The notes under the pieces: model-generated
Seen by the model: the letters and a program-made list of their open reading frames with translations, nothing else
Database searches by the model: none
What the model was told of the DNA's origin: nothing
Translations under genes and position numbers: made by a program
In this document: piece by piece, positions 23,616-31,204 of the stretch
How positions within the stretch are numbered: the first letter of the stretch is position 1
How the letters are laid out: each line of letters opens with the position of its first letter
NCBI GenBank assembly: GCA_944329505.1
Contig: CALVIJ010000001.1
Span: forward strand, 1 to 31,204
Source of the DNA: an uncultured Bacilli bacterium
GTDB lineage: Bacteria > Bacillota_I > Bacilli_A > RF39 > UBA660
Reading direction: 5' to 3'
Length of the DNA stretch: 31,204 nucleotides

Positions 23616-24579
23616 TCTCTTTCATCCTCCTAATCACTTCAGCTTGAATAATGGTAAATAAACTACCAGTTATCCAATATATTATAATACTTGTTGGCAT
23701 TGTAAATGAAGTAATTACAATAAATACAAGCATTACATTCATCATTATTTTCATTTGGTGTTGTTGTTCTTCACTACCACTACTAACACCTGAATTTAAC
23801 TTGAATGAGAAGAATGTTGTTAATCCTACTAAAATTGGTAATAATAGATAAACCCAGTTACCATTAGTAAAACTATCTAAAAATACTGAAAAATCAAAAC
23901 TTCCTCCAAATAATCCAACAAATGGACTCATTCCTAAATTAAAGCATAAGAATTTACCCTCGAAAATAATTGGTAATCTATTCAAACTTTCCAAGAAAGC
24001 AAAGAATAATGGCATTTGAATAAACGCAAACAAACAACCAGACATTGGGTTAATATCATACTTCTTATAAATTCCCATCATCTCTTGTGCTTTCATCATT
24101 TGATCTTCTTGACTCTCACGTCCACGATATTTTCTTTCTAACTTTTCTAAATCCTTTTGAGCAAACTTCATATTTTCAGATTGCAAAGCTGATTTTTTAC
24201 TAATTGGGAAAATAATCAAACGAATAATTATAGTAACAACAACAATTGCAAAACCATAATTACCAAGTATCTCTCCAACCTTAACAATAAACCAGCTTAA
24301 AGGTTTAATAAATATTGTCTCCCAAATTCCTCCATACTCACCAGAAGCAGGAGTAAACTCAGAACACTCTGGAAGTTTATCAATATCTACTTTATATTTC
24401 TCATATGTTTTTATAACATCTTTATTTGTCGGCTTACAAAGTATATTTTCAGCTAAAGTCTGACCAGTAGTATTTTCTTTTACTGATTTACCATCTTTAT
24501 CTTGAACATACGTAGTACAACCAGACAGCGAAAGTGTTAATAATCCTATTGCCGCAAGCAATCCTATTTTCTTACGCAT
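23563..24579 (-). CDS. yidC: Membrane protein insertase YidC/SpoIIIJ
   Basis: Lipobox LSLSGC, GFAIVVVTIIIRLIIFP, INPMSGCL..FIQMP, IYWITGSLF; synteny. Confidence 0.93.
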   Translation of the reverse strand: MRKKIGLLAAIGLLTLSLSGCTTYVQDKDGKSVKENTTGQTLAENILCKPTNKDVIKTYEKYKVDIDKLPECSEFTPASGEYGGIWETIFIKPLSWFIVKVGEILGNYGFAIVVVTIIIRLIIFPISKKSALQSENMKFAQKDLEKLERKYRGRESQEDQMMKAQEMMGIYKKYDINPMSGCLFAFIQMPLFFAFLESLNRLPIIFEGKFLCFNLGMSPFVGLFGGSFDFSVFLDSFTNGNWVYLLLPILVGLTTFFSFKLNSGVSSGSEEQQHQMKIMMNVMLVFIVITSFTMPTSIIIYWITGSLFTIIQAEVIRRMKENARGSKKRIKKQRRSAN

Positions 24580-24916
24580 CTTTTCGCTCCTTTACTAATT
24601 TTAATTTTTTTAAAGCAAAATTCAAATTCTCACTCATTTCACTAAAGCTTCGATTCAAAATTCCTTTACCAACTATTATAATACAATCAAAATCATTTTG
24701 ATAGTCATTTTGTGAAACTATTGCTTTAATTTGTCTTTTAACTCTATTTCTCGTTACCGCATTTCCTACCTTTTTACCTACCGAAAATCCGAATCTATAA
24801 ATAGAGGGCTCCCTTTTATCTATATATATAATATAATCTTTATATTTAAAAGGTCTATTTTCTTTAATAATTCGGTTATAATCACGATTTTCTTTAACTA
24901 TATTAACTTTTTTCAT
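24572..24916 (-). CDS. rnpA: RNase P protein component
   Basis: RFGFSVGKKVGNAVTRNRVKRQIK (RNR motif). Confidence 0.95.
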   Translation of the reverse strand: MKKVNIVKENRDYNRIIKENRPFKYKDYIIYIDKREPSIYRFGFSVGKKVGNAVTRNRVKRQIKAIVSQNDYQNDFDCIIIVGKGILNRSFSEMSENLNFALKKLKLVKERKDA

Positions 24917-24939
24917 AATTTCACCTATAAATTACTAAT

Positions 24940-24964
24940 AAAGCCACTGCCCGCCAGCAGTGGC
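24940..24964 (-). terminator. Hairpin between rpmH and rnpA
   Basis: GCCACTGC-N6-GCAGTGGC followed by TTT. Confidence 0.7.
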
Positions 24965-24967
24965 AAT

Positions 24968-25093
24968 TTAATGAGATAATACCTTGCGGCCTTTTTTTCT
25001 TCTTCTACTTACTACACCAGATTCCATTCGCGCAAAAAATCCCATTTTCTTACTTCTCTTACGAGTATTTGGTTGAAATGTTCTTTTAGACAT
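24968..25093 (-). CDS. rpmH: 50S ribosomal protein L34 (41 aa; missed by ORF track)
   Basis: [41 protein letters not shown]; SD AGGAGGT. Confidence 0.95.
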   Translation of the reverse strand: MSKRTFQPNTRKRSKKMGFFARMESGVVSRRRKKGRKVLSH

Positions 25094-25131
25094 CTATTAC
25101 ACCTCCTAATTAAATTCACATTGCTTAATAA

Positions 25132-25160
25132 ATTATATAGATAAAAGACCTATTTGTCAA
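25132..25160 (-). promoter_or_regulatory. rpmH operon promoter
   Basis: TTGACA-17 nt-TATAAT, perfect consensus. Confidence 0.85.
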
Positions 25161-25232
25161 TTTATTAAACAAAATTAATTACAAAAATTGCAGACATTAT
25201 ACCAAAAATTTCAAAAAAAAGCAACATTCAAG

Positions 25233-25455
25233 TTTTCCACAGTAAAATTTTTTCTAATTTTATCCACTTTTTATTTCCACACAAAATTGCCATATATTAT
25301 AAACTTTTTTTTCCATTTTTCAACATATGTGTAAAAGAAAAATTTATGCACAAATGTGCAAAAATAATTATCCACAATTTATGTGGAAAGATGACAAAAT
25401 TCGACAAAATTAAACAAAATAAAGGGTGTTAATAACTTTTTTATATTTTTCCACA
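25233..25455. other. oriC, left part (DnaA-box cluster upstream of dnaA)
   Basis: TTATCCACA at 25368-25376, plus near matches at 25233, 25260, 25273, 25328, 25344, 25355, 25382 and 25447. Confidence 0.9.
25390..25420. promoter_or_regulatory. Tandem 10-bp-period Spo0A-box-like array in oriC
   Basis: GATGACA-aaa-TTCGACA-aaa-TTAAACA-aaa. The middle unit is a perfect 0A box (TGTCGAA on the minus strand). Confidence 0.6.
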
Positions 25456-25527
25456 GTTTTTATAGAAAAAAATGTAAATTTATTGTAAAATGTATGTAGA
25501 TTGTTTATTAACTATGGGGGTAGTAGT

Positions 25528-26871
25528 ATGGATTTAGAAAACATGTGGTCCGTTTTTTTGTCTAAAATTGAGATAAAATTAAAGCCTGTTTTATTTCAAA
25601 CTTGGTTTCAAGAAACAAAGTTAATAGATTTAAATAATGAATATGCCATAGTCGAAGTTCCACTAGATGTGCATAAAAAACACTTACAAGAAAACTATGG
25701 TGAAATAATAAAAGAAACCTTTATGGAAGTTACCGGATCTATCTTCAAATTTAAATATGTCACTAAAGACGAGATAACTGAAGATAAACCCCAAACAAAA
25801 GTAGAAGACAATAATGAAGCACTATTTGAAAGCGGACTTGATAGTAAATATACATTTGATAACTTTATTTCAGGAGAAAGTAACAAATTTGCCAAAGCTA
25901 TTGGACTAGCAGTAGCCGAAAAACCAGGCGCTATGTATAATCCTTTATTTATATATGGTAACAGTGGACTTGGAAAAACCCACTTAATGCACGCTATTGG
26001 AAACTACATCATGGCAACATCTAATAAAAAAGTATTATATGTAACCAGCGAAAAATTTGTTGATGACTTTCTTAATATATATAGAAAGAACGAAACAAGT
26101 AATTTTAAAGCTGTGGATAACTTTAAAAGAAAATATCGTGACATCGATGTTTTAATGATTGATGACATCCAATACTTAGAAATTGCTAGTAAAACTCAAC
26201 AAGAGTTTTTCAACACATTTAACGAATTACACACAAAAAATAAACAAATTATTATATCTTCAGACCGTTCACCAGATGATCTAAAAAAACTAGAAGAAAG
26301 ACTTAGAACAAGATTTAACTGGGGATTAACTATCGACATATTACCTCCAGACTTTGAACTAAGAATGGCCATTATAGATAAAAAAATCGAAGCTCATCAC
26401 ATAGGAAGTTTTGTTCCAAGAGAAGTCAAAGAATATATTGCCAACAACTGTACAACAGATATTAGAAAACTAGAAGGAGCTTTGACTAGAGTATTTGCTT
26501 ATGCTACTATAATGAATGGTTCTGAAATAACCTTAGAACTTGCAGTTGAAGCACTAAAAGATTATATTGGAAAAAACATCATATCGAGAAACAAAATAGA
26601 TCAAGTAATTCAATTAGTAGCTAACAATTACAACATTACTGTGGAAGACATAAAATCTAAAAAAAGGTTATCCAAAATAGCCGTTCCAAGACAAATTGGA
26701 ATGTATATATGTAGAGTTCACTTAAAAGAATCTCTACCTAAAATTGGTAGTGAATTCGGTGGAAAAGATCATACAACAGTTATGCACTCAGTTGCAAAAA
26801 TAAAAAGAGAACTAAAAAAAGATAAAAATCTCGAAGTGGAAATCTCTAAAATAATTAACCAAATTAAATAG
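25528..26871 (+). CDS. dnaA: Chromosomal replication initiator DnaA
   Basis: YNPLFIYGNSGLGKTHL, LMIDDIQ, RLRTRF, RQIGMYI, GGKDHTTVMHS. Start set at ATG 25528. Confidence 0.98.
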   Translation: MDLENMWSVFLSKIEIKLKPVLFQTWFQETKLIDLNNEYAIVEVPLDVHKKHLQENYGEIIKETFMEVTGSIFKFKYVTKDEITEDKPQTKVEDNNEALFESGLDSKYTFDNFISGESNKFAKAIGLAVAEKPGAMYNPLFIYGNSGLGKTHLMHAIGNYIMATSNKKVLYVTSEKFVDDFLNIYRKNETSNFKAVDNFKRKYRDIDVLMIDDIQYLEIASKTQQEFFNTFNELHTKNKQIIISSDRSPDDLKKLEERLRTRFNWGLTIDILPPDFELRMAIIDKKIEAHHIGSFVPREVKEYIANNCTTDIRKLEGALTRVFAYATIMNGSEITLELAVEALKDYIGKNIISRNKIDQVIQLVANNYNITVEDIKSKKRLSKIAVPRQIGMYICRVHLKESLPKIGSEFGGKDHTTVMHSVAKIKRELKKDKNLEVEISKIINQIK

Positions 26872-27010
26872 TGGATAATAAAAGTTTTTTCCACAGTTAT
26901 GCACAAAGTGTAAACCAAGAAAAAAGTCTTAAATAACAATGTAAAGTTATACTTTTCCACACTTATCCACATCAATAATAAAAAATAACTTAATTAATAA
27001 TAAAACAAAG
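26870..27010. other. oriC, right part (dnaA-dnaN intergenic DnaA boxes plus AT-rich unwinding element)
   Basis: Boxes at 26870, 26887, 26897, 26953 and a perfect TTATCCACA at 26963-26971, followed by an almost purely A/T tract. Confidence 0.88.
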
Positions 27011-27022
27011 GAGTGATTTTAA

Positions 27023-28144
27023 ATGAAATTAGAAATTAAACAAAACGTACTTTTAGAACATTTAAACTATGTCATAAGAGGTATTTCAACAAAAAACCTA
27101 AGACCTATTTTAAACTGTATAAAATTTGAACTAACTGATGATGGTTTATATTTAATGAGTACTGATAGTGATATTTCAATAAAAACATTTATAGATAAAA
27201 AAGATATTAACAATATAGACACAAAAGGAGAAATCGTTGTATCAGGTAGATATATATATGAAATAATAAGAAAATTACCAGATGAAATAATTAATTTAGA
27301 AGAAGTTATCGATTCTAAACTATATATAACAACTAAAAATTCATCATTTACCTTAAATTGTAGTAATGTTAATGAATTTCCTGATTTAGAATTAGAATTT
27401 AACCAAAATCCTATCATTTTAAATCAAAAACTATTTAAAACAATCATCAGTCAAACATCATTTGCTACATCAACTAGTGAAACAAGACCAGTATTAACCG
27501 GTATTAACTTTAAAATTGAAGGTAATACCTTAGAATGTACAGCAACCGATTCATATAGATTAGCTGTTAAAAAAATCACATTAGATAATAATGCTGTGGA
27601 AAACTCCAATATTATCATTCCAACTAAGAACTTAAATGAATTAGTTAAATTGATGAACGAAGATGAAGAAAACTTAGAAATGCATATATTTGCTAACAAA
27701 GTTGTCTTTAAATTCGGTCAAATAACAATGATGACAAGATTAATTAGTGGTACTTATCCAGATACATCTAAATTAATACCAGAAACATATGAATTAACAA
27801 TGCAAGTAAAATATGATGATTTATATAGTGCCATTGATAGAGCATCCCTATTAACAAACGAAAGTGATAAAAACACAATTAAATTTGAAACAACAAGTGA
27901 TACCGCAATAATTTCTTCAAATATCCCAGAAATAGGAAATGTCGAAGAAAAAATTACTGTGGAAAAAAATAATGATAGTGAAATAAAAATTGCTTTCAAC
28001 TCTAAATTTATGATGGATGCTGTAAAATCATTAGAATCAGAAGAAATAGAACTAATGTTCAATGGAGAAATTAAACCAATAATTCTTAAAAATGTCGAAA
28101 GTGACGCTCTAATTCAATTAATTTTACCAATCAGAACTTACTAA
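27023..28144 (+). CDS. dnaN: DNA polymerase III beta clamp
   Basis: RPILNCIK, STDSDISI, TRPVLTG, ATDSYRLA, RLISGTYPD, AFNSKFMMDA, QLILPIRTY. Confidence 0.97.
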   Translation: MKLEIKQNVLLEHLNYVIRGISTKNLRPILNCIKFELTDDGLYLMSTDSDISIKTFIDKKDINNIDTKGEIVVSGRYIYEIIRKLPDEIINLEEVIDSKLYITTKNSSFTLNCSNVNEFPDLELEFNQNPIILNQKLFKTIISQTSFATSTSETRPVLTGINFKIEGNTLECTATDSYRLAVKKITLDNNAVENSNIIIPTKNLNELVKLMNEDEENLEMHIFANKVVFKFGQITMMTRLISGTYPDTSKLIPETYELTMQVKYDDLYSAIDRASLLTNESDKNTIKFETTSDTAIISSNIPEIGNVEEKITVEKNNDSEIKIAFNSKFMMDAVKSLESEEIELMFNGEIKPIILKNVESDALIQLILPIRTY

Positions 28145-28174
28145 AAAGTTCTTTTTTTTGAAAAAATTACCATT

Positions 28175-28201
28175 ATCGACAAAATCAAACAAAATTCGAC
28201 C
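28175..28201. promoter_or_regulatory. Tandem Spo0A-box-like array upstream of the comK-like gene
   Basis: ATCGACA-aaa-TCAAACA-aaa-TTCGACC; 28176-28195 is 19/20 identical to 25401-25420. Confidence 0.6.
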
Positions 28202-28250
28202 CTCAAAATGAGTATAAGAGAGTTGTCATTTTTTATGACGAGGAGGGTTT

Positions 28251-28712
28251 ATGGTTAAAGAAAGTTATGAAATTAATAGTTCGACATGTGCACTTATACC
28301 AAATAGTAATTTTACAAGTACAATAATAGAAAAACATACTAAGGTAAATTCACCATCCACAGTTTATGAAATTATTAATTATAGTTGTGCATATTATGGT
28401 AGTTCATTTAAAGGAAGGTTAAATGGATCGAAATGTGCTTTAGGTAGTAAATATAAGTTACCTATAATTGTTGAAGAATCTAGAGAAATGATATTTTTTC
28501 CAACTTCTTCTTATGATAGTAATGATTGTATTTGGATCTCGTTAAATAATATAGCCAATTACACAAGAAAGGAAAATCACGTTATTGTGGTTTTCGATAA
28601 CAATCAATCAATAGAACTAAAAATGTCGTACGAATCATTTGAAAATCAAGTATTAAGAGCTACAAAACTACTGTTAATTTTAAAAAGCAGAAAAAAAGAC
28701 ATAAATGTATAA
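28251..28712 (+). CDS. comK: ComK-family (competence transcription factor-like) protein
   Basis: YEINSSTCALIP, IINYSCAYYGSSFKGRLNGSK...KYKLPIIV...IFFPTSS....CIWI...VVFDNNQSIEL.MSYESFENQVLRA follows the ComK family pattern; SD GAGGAGG. Confidence 0.8.
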   Translation: MVKESYEINSSTCALIPNSNFTSTIIEKHTKVNSPSTVYEIINYSCAYYGSSFKGRLNGSKCALGSKYKLPIIVEESREMIFFPTSSYDSNDCIWISLNNIANYTRKENHVIVVFDNNQSIELKMSYESFENQVLRATKLLLILKSRKKDINV

Positions 28713-28713
28713 T

Positions 28714-28740
28714 AAAATAGGCTATAATTCGCCTATTTTT
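28714..28740 (+). terminator. Terminator after the comK-like gene
   Basis: AAAATAGGC-N8-GCCTATTTTT. Confidence 0.75.
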
Positions 28741-28760
28741 GCATTTTTAAGCCCATTTTG

Positions 28761-28769
28761 TGGTATAAT
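28761..28769 (+). promoter_or_regulatory. Extended -10 promoter for recF-gyrB
   Basis: TGgTATAAT immediately after the comK terminator. Confidence 0.6.
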
Positions 28770-28844
28770 GGTTATGAGGTATAGGAGTATGTTAAACACT
28801 ATAAATCAAAAATAATACACTTAAAAATAGGTAGTGAGGTAAAC

Positions 28845-29963
28845 ATGGTCATAAAAACACTTGAAATCCAAAATTTTAGAAACTATGCATCTTTGAAATT
28901 AGAACTAAACGATAAAATAAATATTATATATGGACATAATGGCCAAGGTAAAACCAATCTATTAGAAAGTATTTACCTATTAGGTTTTACAACCTCTCAC
29001 CGCTCTTTTACTTCCGATAATTTAATTAAATCTGGTGAAGACAAAGCCATAATAAAAGGAAAACTTCAAAAAGAGATTTCTTATAATTTGGAAATTAATC
29101 TCACAAAAACCAAAAAACAAGTAAAAATTGATGACAAAGTCGTAAGCAAGCAAGCAGACTACATAGAAAAGATGAATGTCATAATTTTTTCTTCTGAGGA
29201 CTTAGATTTGATTAAAGGAAGCCCTGGTGAAAGACGTAAATACTTTAATTTAGAATTATCTCAGCTATCGATTAATTACTATAGTGCTTTAAATGATTTT
29301 AATAAACTTTTAAAAATACGTAATGAATATTTAAAAGAGTTGAGCTTTGATATGCCTACTGATTTAAACTATTTTCACATTCTAACTGATTATTTAGTCA
29401 GCAAAAGTATCTTTATTTATCAAATGCGAAATAAGTTTGTGGAAAAACTAAATAAAATATGTCCACCAATATTTGAAGAAATAGCTAATATGAAAGGTTT
29501 TAATATTAAATATCATCCATCTATAGAACTGGAAAACTTTGATAAAGAAACCATAAAAAAAGCCTTAGAAGATGCTTATAAAAATCACTTAGAAAAAGAG
29601 ATAAGACTTAAATCGACATTATACGGCCCTCACAGAGACGATTTCACTTTCAACATAGAAAATAACAACCTAAGAGAATTTGGCTCTCAGGGACAGCAAA
29701 AAATGGCTGTAATAGCCCTAAAACTATCTGAGATTGAAGTATTTAAAGATTTCAAACAAACAAGTCCGATTATTTTACTTGATGATGTGTTTAGTGATTT
29801 AGACAATACCAAGAAAAACAACTTGTTAAAACACATCGATAAAGACATGCAAGTAATTATAACGACTACAGATTTAGATAGTATTGATGAGAAACTCCTA
29901 GCCAAAGCTAAACTTATCCATATAGAAAATGGACAAATACAAGGAACAGAGGTGGAAAAATGA
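28845..29963 (+). CDS. recF: DNA repair protein RecF
   Basis: [60 protein letters not shown]. Confidence 0.96.
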   Translation: MVIKTLEIQNFRNYASLKLELNDKINIIYGHNGQGKTNLLESIYLLGFTTSHRSFTSDNLIKSGEDKAIIKGKLQKEISYNLEINLTKTKKQVKIDDKVVSKQADYIEKMNVIIFSSEDLDLIKGSPGERRKYFNLELSQLSINYYSALNDFNKLLKIRNEYLKELSFDMPTDLNYFHILTDYLVSKSIFIYQMRNKFVEKLNKICPPIFEEIANMKGFNIKYHPSIELENFDKETIKKALEDAYKNHLEKEIRLKSTLYGPHRDDFTFNIENNNLREFGSQGQQKMAVIALKLSEIEVFKDFKQTSPIILLDDVFSDLDNTKKNNLLKHIDKDMQVIITTTDLDSIDEKLLAKAKLIHIENGQIQGTEVEK

Positions 29964-31204
29964 ACGAAAATAACGAACACTATGACGTATCCGATATTCA
30001 AGTCCTAGAGGGCTTAGAAGCCGTTAGAAAAAGACCTGGAATGTATATCGGAACAACTGATGTTAAAGGTCTACACCATCTTGTGTGGGAAATAGTCGAC
30101 AACAGTATCGACGAAGCCTTAGCCGGTTACTGTGATGCCATTGAAATAGTTATTAATAAAGGTAATTCAATCACTGTAAAAGATAACGGTCGTGGAATCC
30201 CCGTTGGAATGCATCCTAAAACAGGTTTATCAACCGTTGAAACTGTTTATACTGTCTTACATGCCGGTGGTAAGTTCGGTGGTGGCGGATATAAGGTTTC
30301 TGGTGGACTCCACGGTGTTGGAGCATCTGTCGTAAACGCTTTATCTAGCTGGACAACTGTAACAGTTTACCATGGTGGTCAAGTTTATGAAGCCAAATTT
30401 AAAGATGGTGGACATATCGATCAAAAATTAACAGTCATTGGTGAATGCGAACCTAATAGAACAGGTACTACAGTTACATTCAAACCAGATGCTGATATAT
30501 TTGATACAGACATTTTTGATTATGAAACCTTAAAAGTCAGAACAAGAGAACTTGCTTTCTTGAATAAAGGTTTAAAATTAACCTTAAGAGATGACAGAGA
30601 TGAAGAAGATACAACTGGTGAAACATTTCACTACGAGGGTGGTATTAGTGAATACGTTAGATACTTAAATCAAAACAAAACACCAATTCAAAACGATATT
30701 ATTCACCTAGAGGGTGAAGATGAAGGCGTTTTCTTTGAAGTAGCCATGCAATATAACACTGGTTACACCAGCAACATCTACTCTTTCGTTAATAACATAA
30801 ACACTCACGATGGTGGAACTCACGAAGAGGGAGTTAGAAGAGCTTTAACACGTGTTATTAATAATTATGCTAGAAAAACAGGATTATTAAAAGAAAAAGA
30901 TGATTCTCTAAGTGGTGATGACGTTAAAGAGGGTCTAACAATGATTGTCTCTTGTAAACACCCTAACCCACAATTCGAGGGACAAACTAAAGGGCGTTTA
31001 GGAAACTCAGAAGTTAGAAAATTAGCTGATAAAGTTTTCTCTGAGGGATTTGAAAGATATCTTTTAGAAAATCCAGACGAAGCAAAAATAATTGTGGAAA
31101 AAAATATGACAGCTGCTCGTGCTAGAGTTGCGGCTAAAAAAGCAAGAGAACTAACTAGAAGAAAAAGTGATTTAGATGTTATAAATTTTGGTGGAAAACT
31201 AGTA
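29960..31204 (+). CDS. gyrB: DNA gyrase subunit B, runs off the 3' edge (not in ORF track)
   Basis: ATG 29960 overlaps the recF TGA. Reads [31 protein letters not shown]...EIVDNSIDE...DNGRGIP...[29 protein letters not shown]...PQFEGQTK. Confidence 0.97.
   Translation, partial: MNENNEHYDVSDIQVLEGLEAVRKRPGMYIGTTDVKGLHHLVWEIVDNSIDEALAGYCDAIEIVINKGNSITVKDNGRGIPVGMHPKTGLSTVETVYTVLHAGGKFGGGGYKVSGGLHGVGASVVNALSSWTTVTVYHGGQVYEAKFKDGGHIDQKLTVIGECEPNRTGTTVTFKPDADIFDTDIFDYETLKVRTRELAFLNKGLKLTLRDDRDEEDTTGETFHYEGGISEYVRYLNQNKTPIQNDIIHLEGEDEGVFFEVAMQYNTGYTSNIYSFVNNINTHDGGTHEEGVRRALTRVINNYARKTGLLKEKDDSLSGDDVKEGLTMIVSCKHPNPQFEGQTKGRLGNSEVRKLADKVFSEGFERYLLENPDEAKIIVEKNMTAARARVAAKKARELTRRKSDLDVINFGGKLV

Noticed and set aside
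20562-24979. Plus-strand ORFs 20562-20840, 23651-23851 and 24731-24979
   Set aside because: Antisense to mnmE, yidC and rnpA/rpmH.
26972-27000. DnaA-trio repeats after the last DnaA box
   Set aside because: Only ATA/AAT-type triplets are present, not a clear CTA/TTA trio run, so the region is called simply AT-rich.
28144-28156. ComK AT-box AAAA-N5-TTTT upstream of the comK-like gene
   Set aside because: Only one box, with no convincing partner at 21, 31 or 44 bp, and the motif is frequent by chance in AT-rich DNA.
25695-30001. Minus-strand ORFs inside dnaA, dnaN and recF/gyrB
   Set aside because: Antisense shadows of essential genes.
1-31204. parS sites (TGTTTCACGTGAAACA), CRISPR arrays, tRNA/rRNA, IS or integrase genes, riboswitches
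   Set aside because: None found by eye. The best parS-like match (around 16395-16410) shares little beyond the CACGTGAA core. An Infernal/Rfam scan would be needed to exclude small RNAs.

Overview
Replication-origin region of a strongly AT-rich Firmicute using genetic code 11 (TGA is used as a stop codon). Gene content and order suggest an uncultured, probably spore-forming Bacilli lineage such as RF39; this placement is inference. The core is the B. subtilis-type origin cluster: (-) noc-rsmG-mnmG-mnmE-jag-yidC-rnpA-rpmH / bipartite oriC / (+) dnaA-dnaN-recF-gyrB. It departs from that arrangement in several ways. (i) A ComK-family gene occupies the dnaN-recF slot, and its upstream region shares a 19/20-bp tandem Spo0A-box-like element with oriC. 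(ii) The Noc-like protein has a ~360-aa low-complexity insert and no N-terminal membrane helix; Noc-binding-site-like palindromes lie in its own promoter and in mnmE; it is followed by a gltD-like gene and dapF instead of soj-spo0J. (iii) A ~1.7-kb decaying insert lies between mnmE and mnmG. It holds a degenerate copy of the mnmG promoter and 5' end, two orphan genes each broken by one base, and an apparently intact type I toxin-antitoxin locus that the ORF track misses (25-aa hydrophobic peptide plus convergent ~110-nt antisense RNA). The left 11 kb is accessory or metabolic: a BclA-like collagen protein, a Zn-dehydrogenase, an XRE-TM-DUF4825 fusion, DUF1848, a MerR regulon with two 19-bp-spacer promoters split by a metallophosphoesterase, an MBL hydrolase and an Opu-type ABC transporter. 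No tRNA, rRNA, CRISPR array, transposase or integrase was seen.
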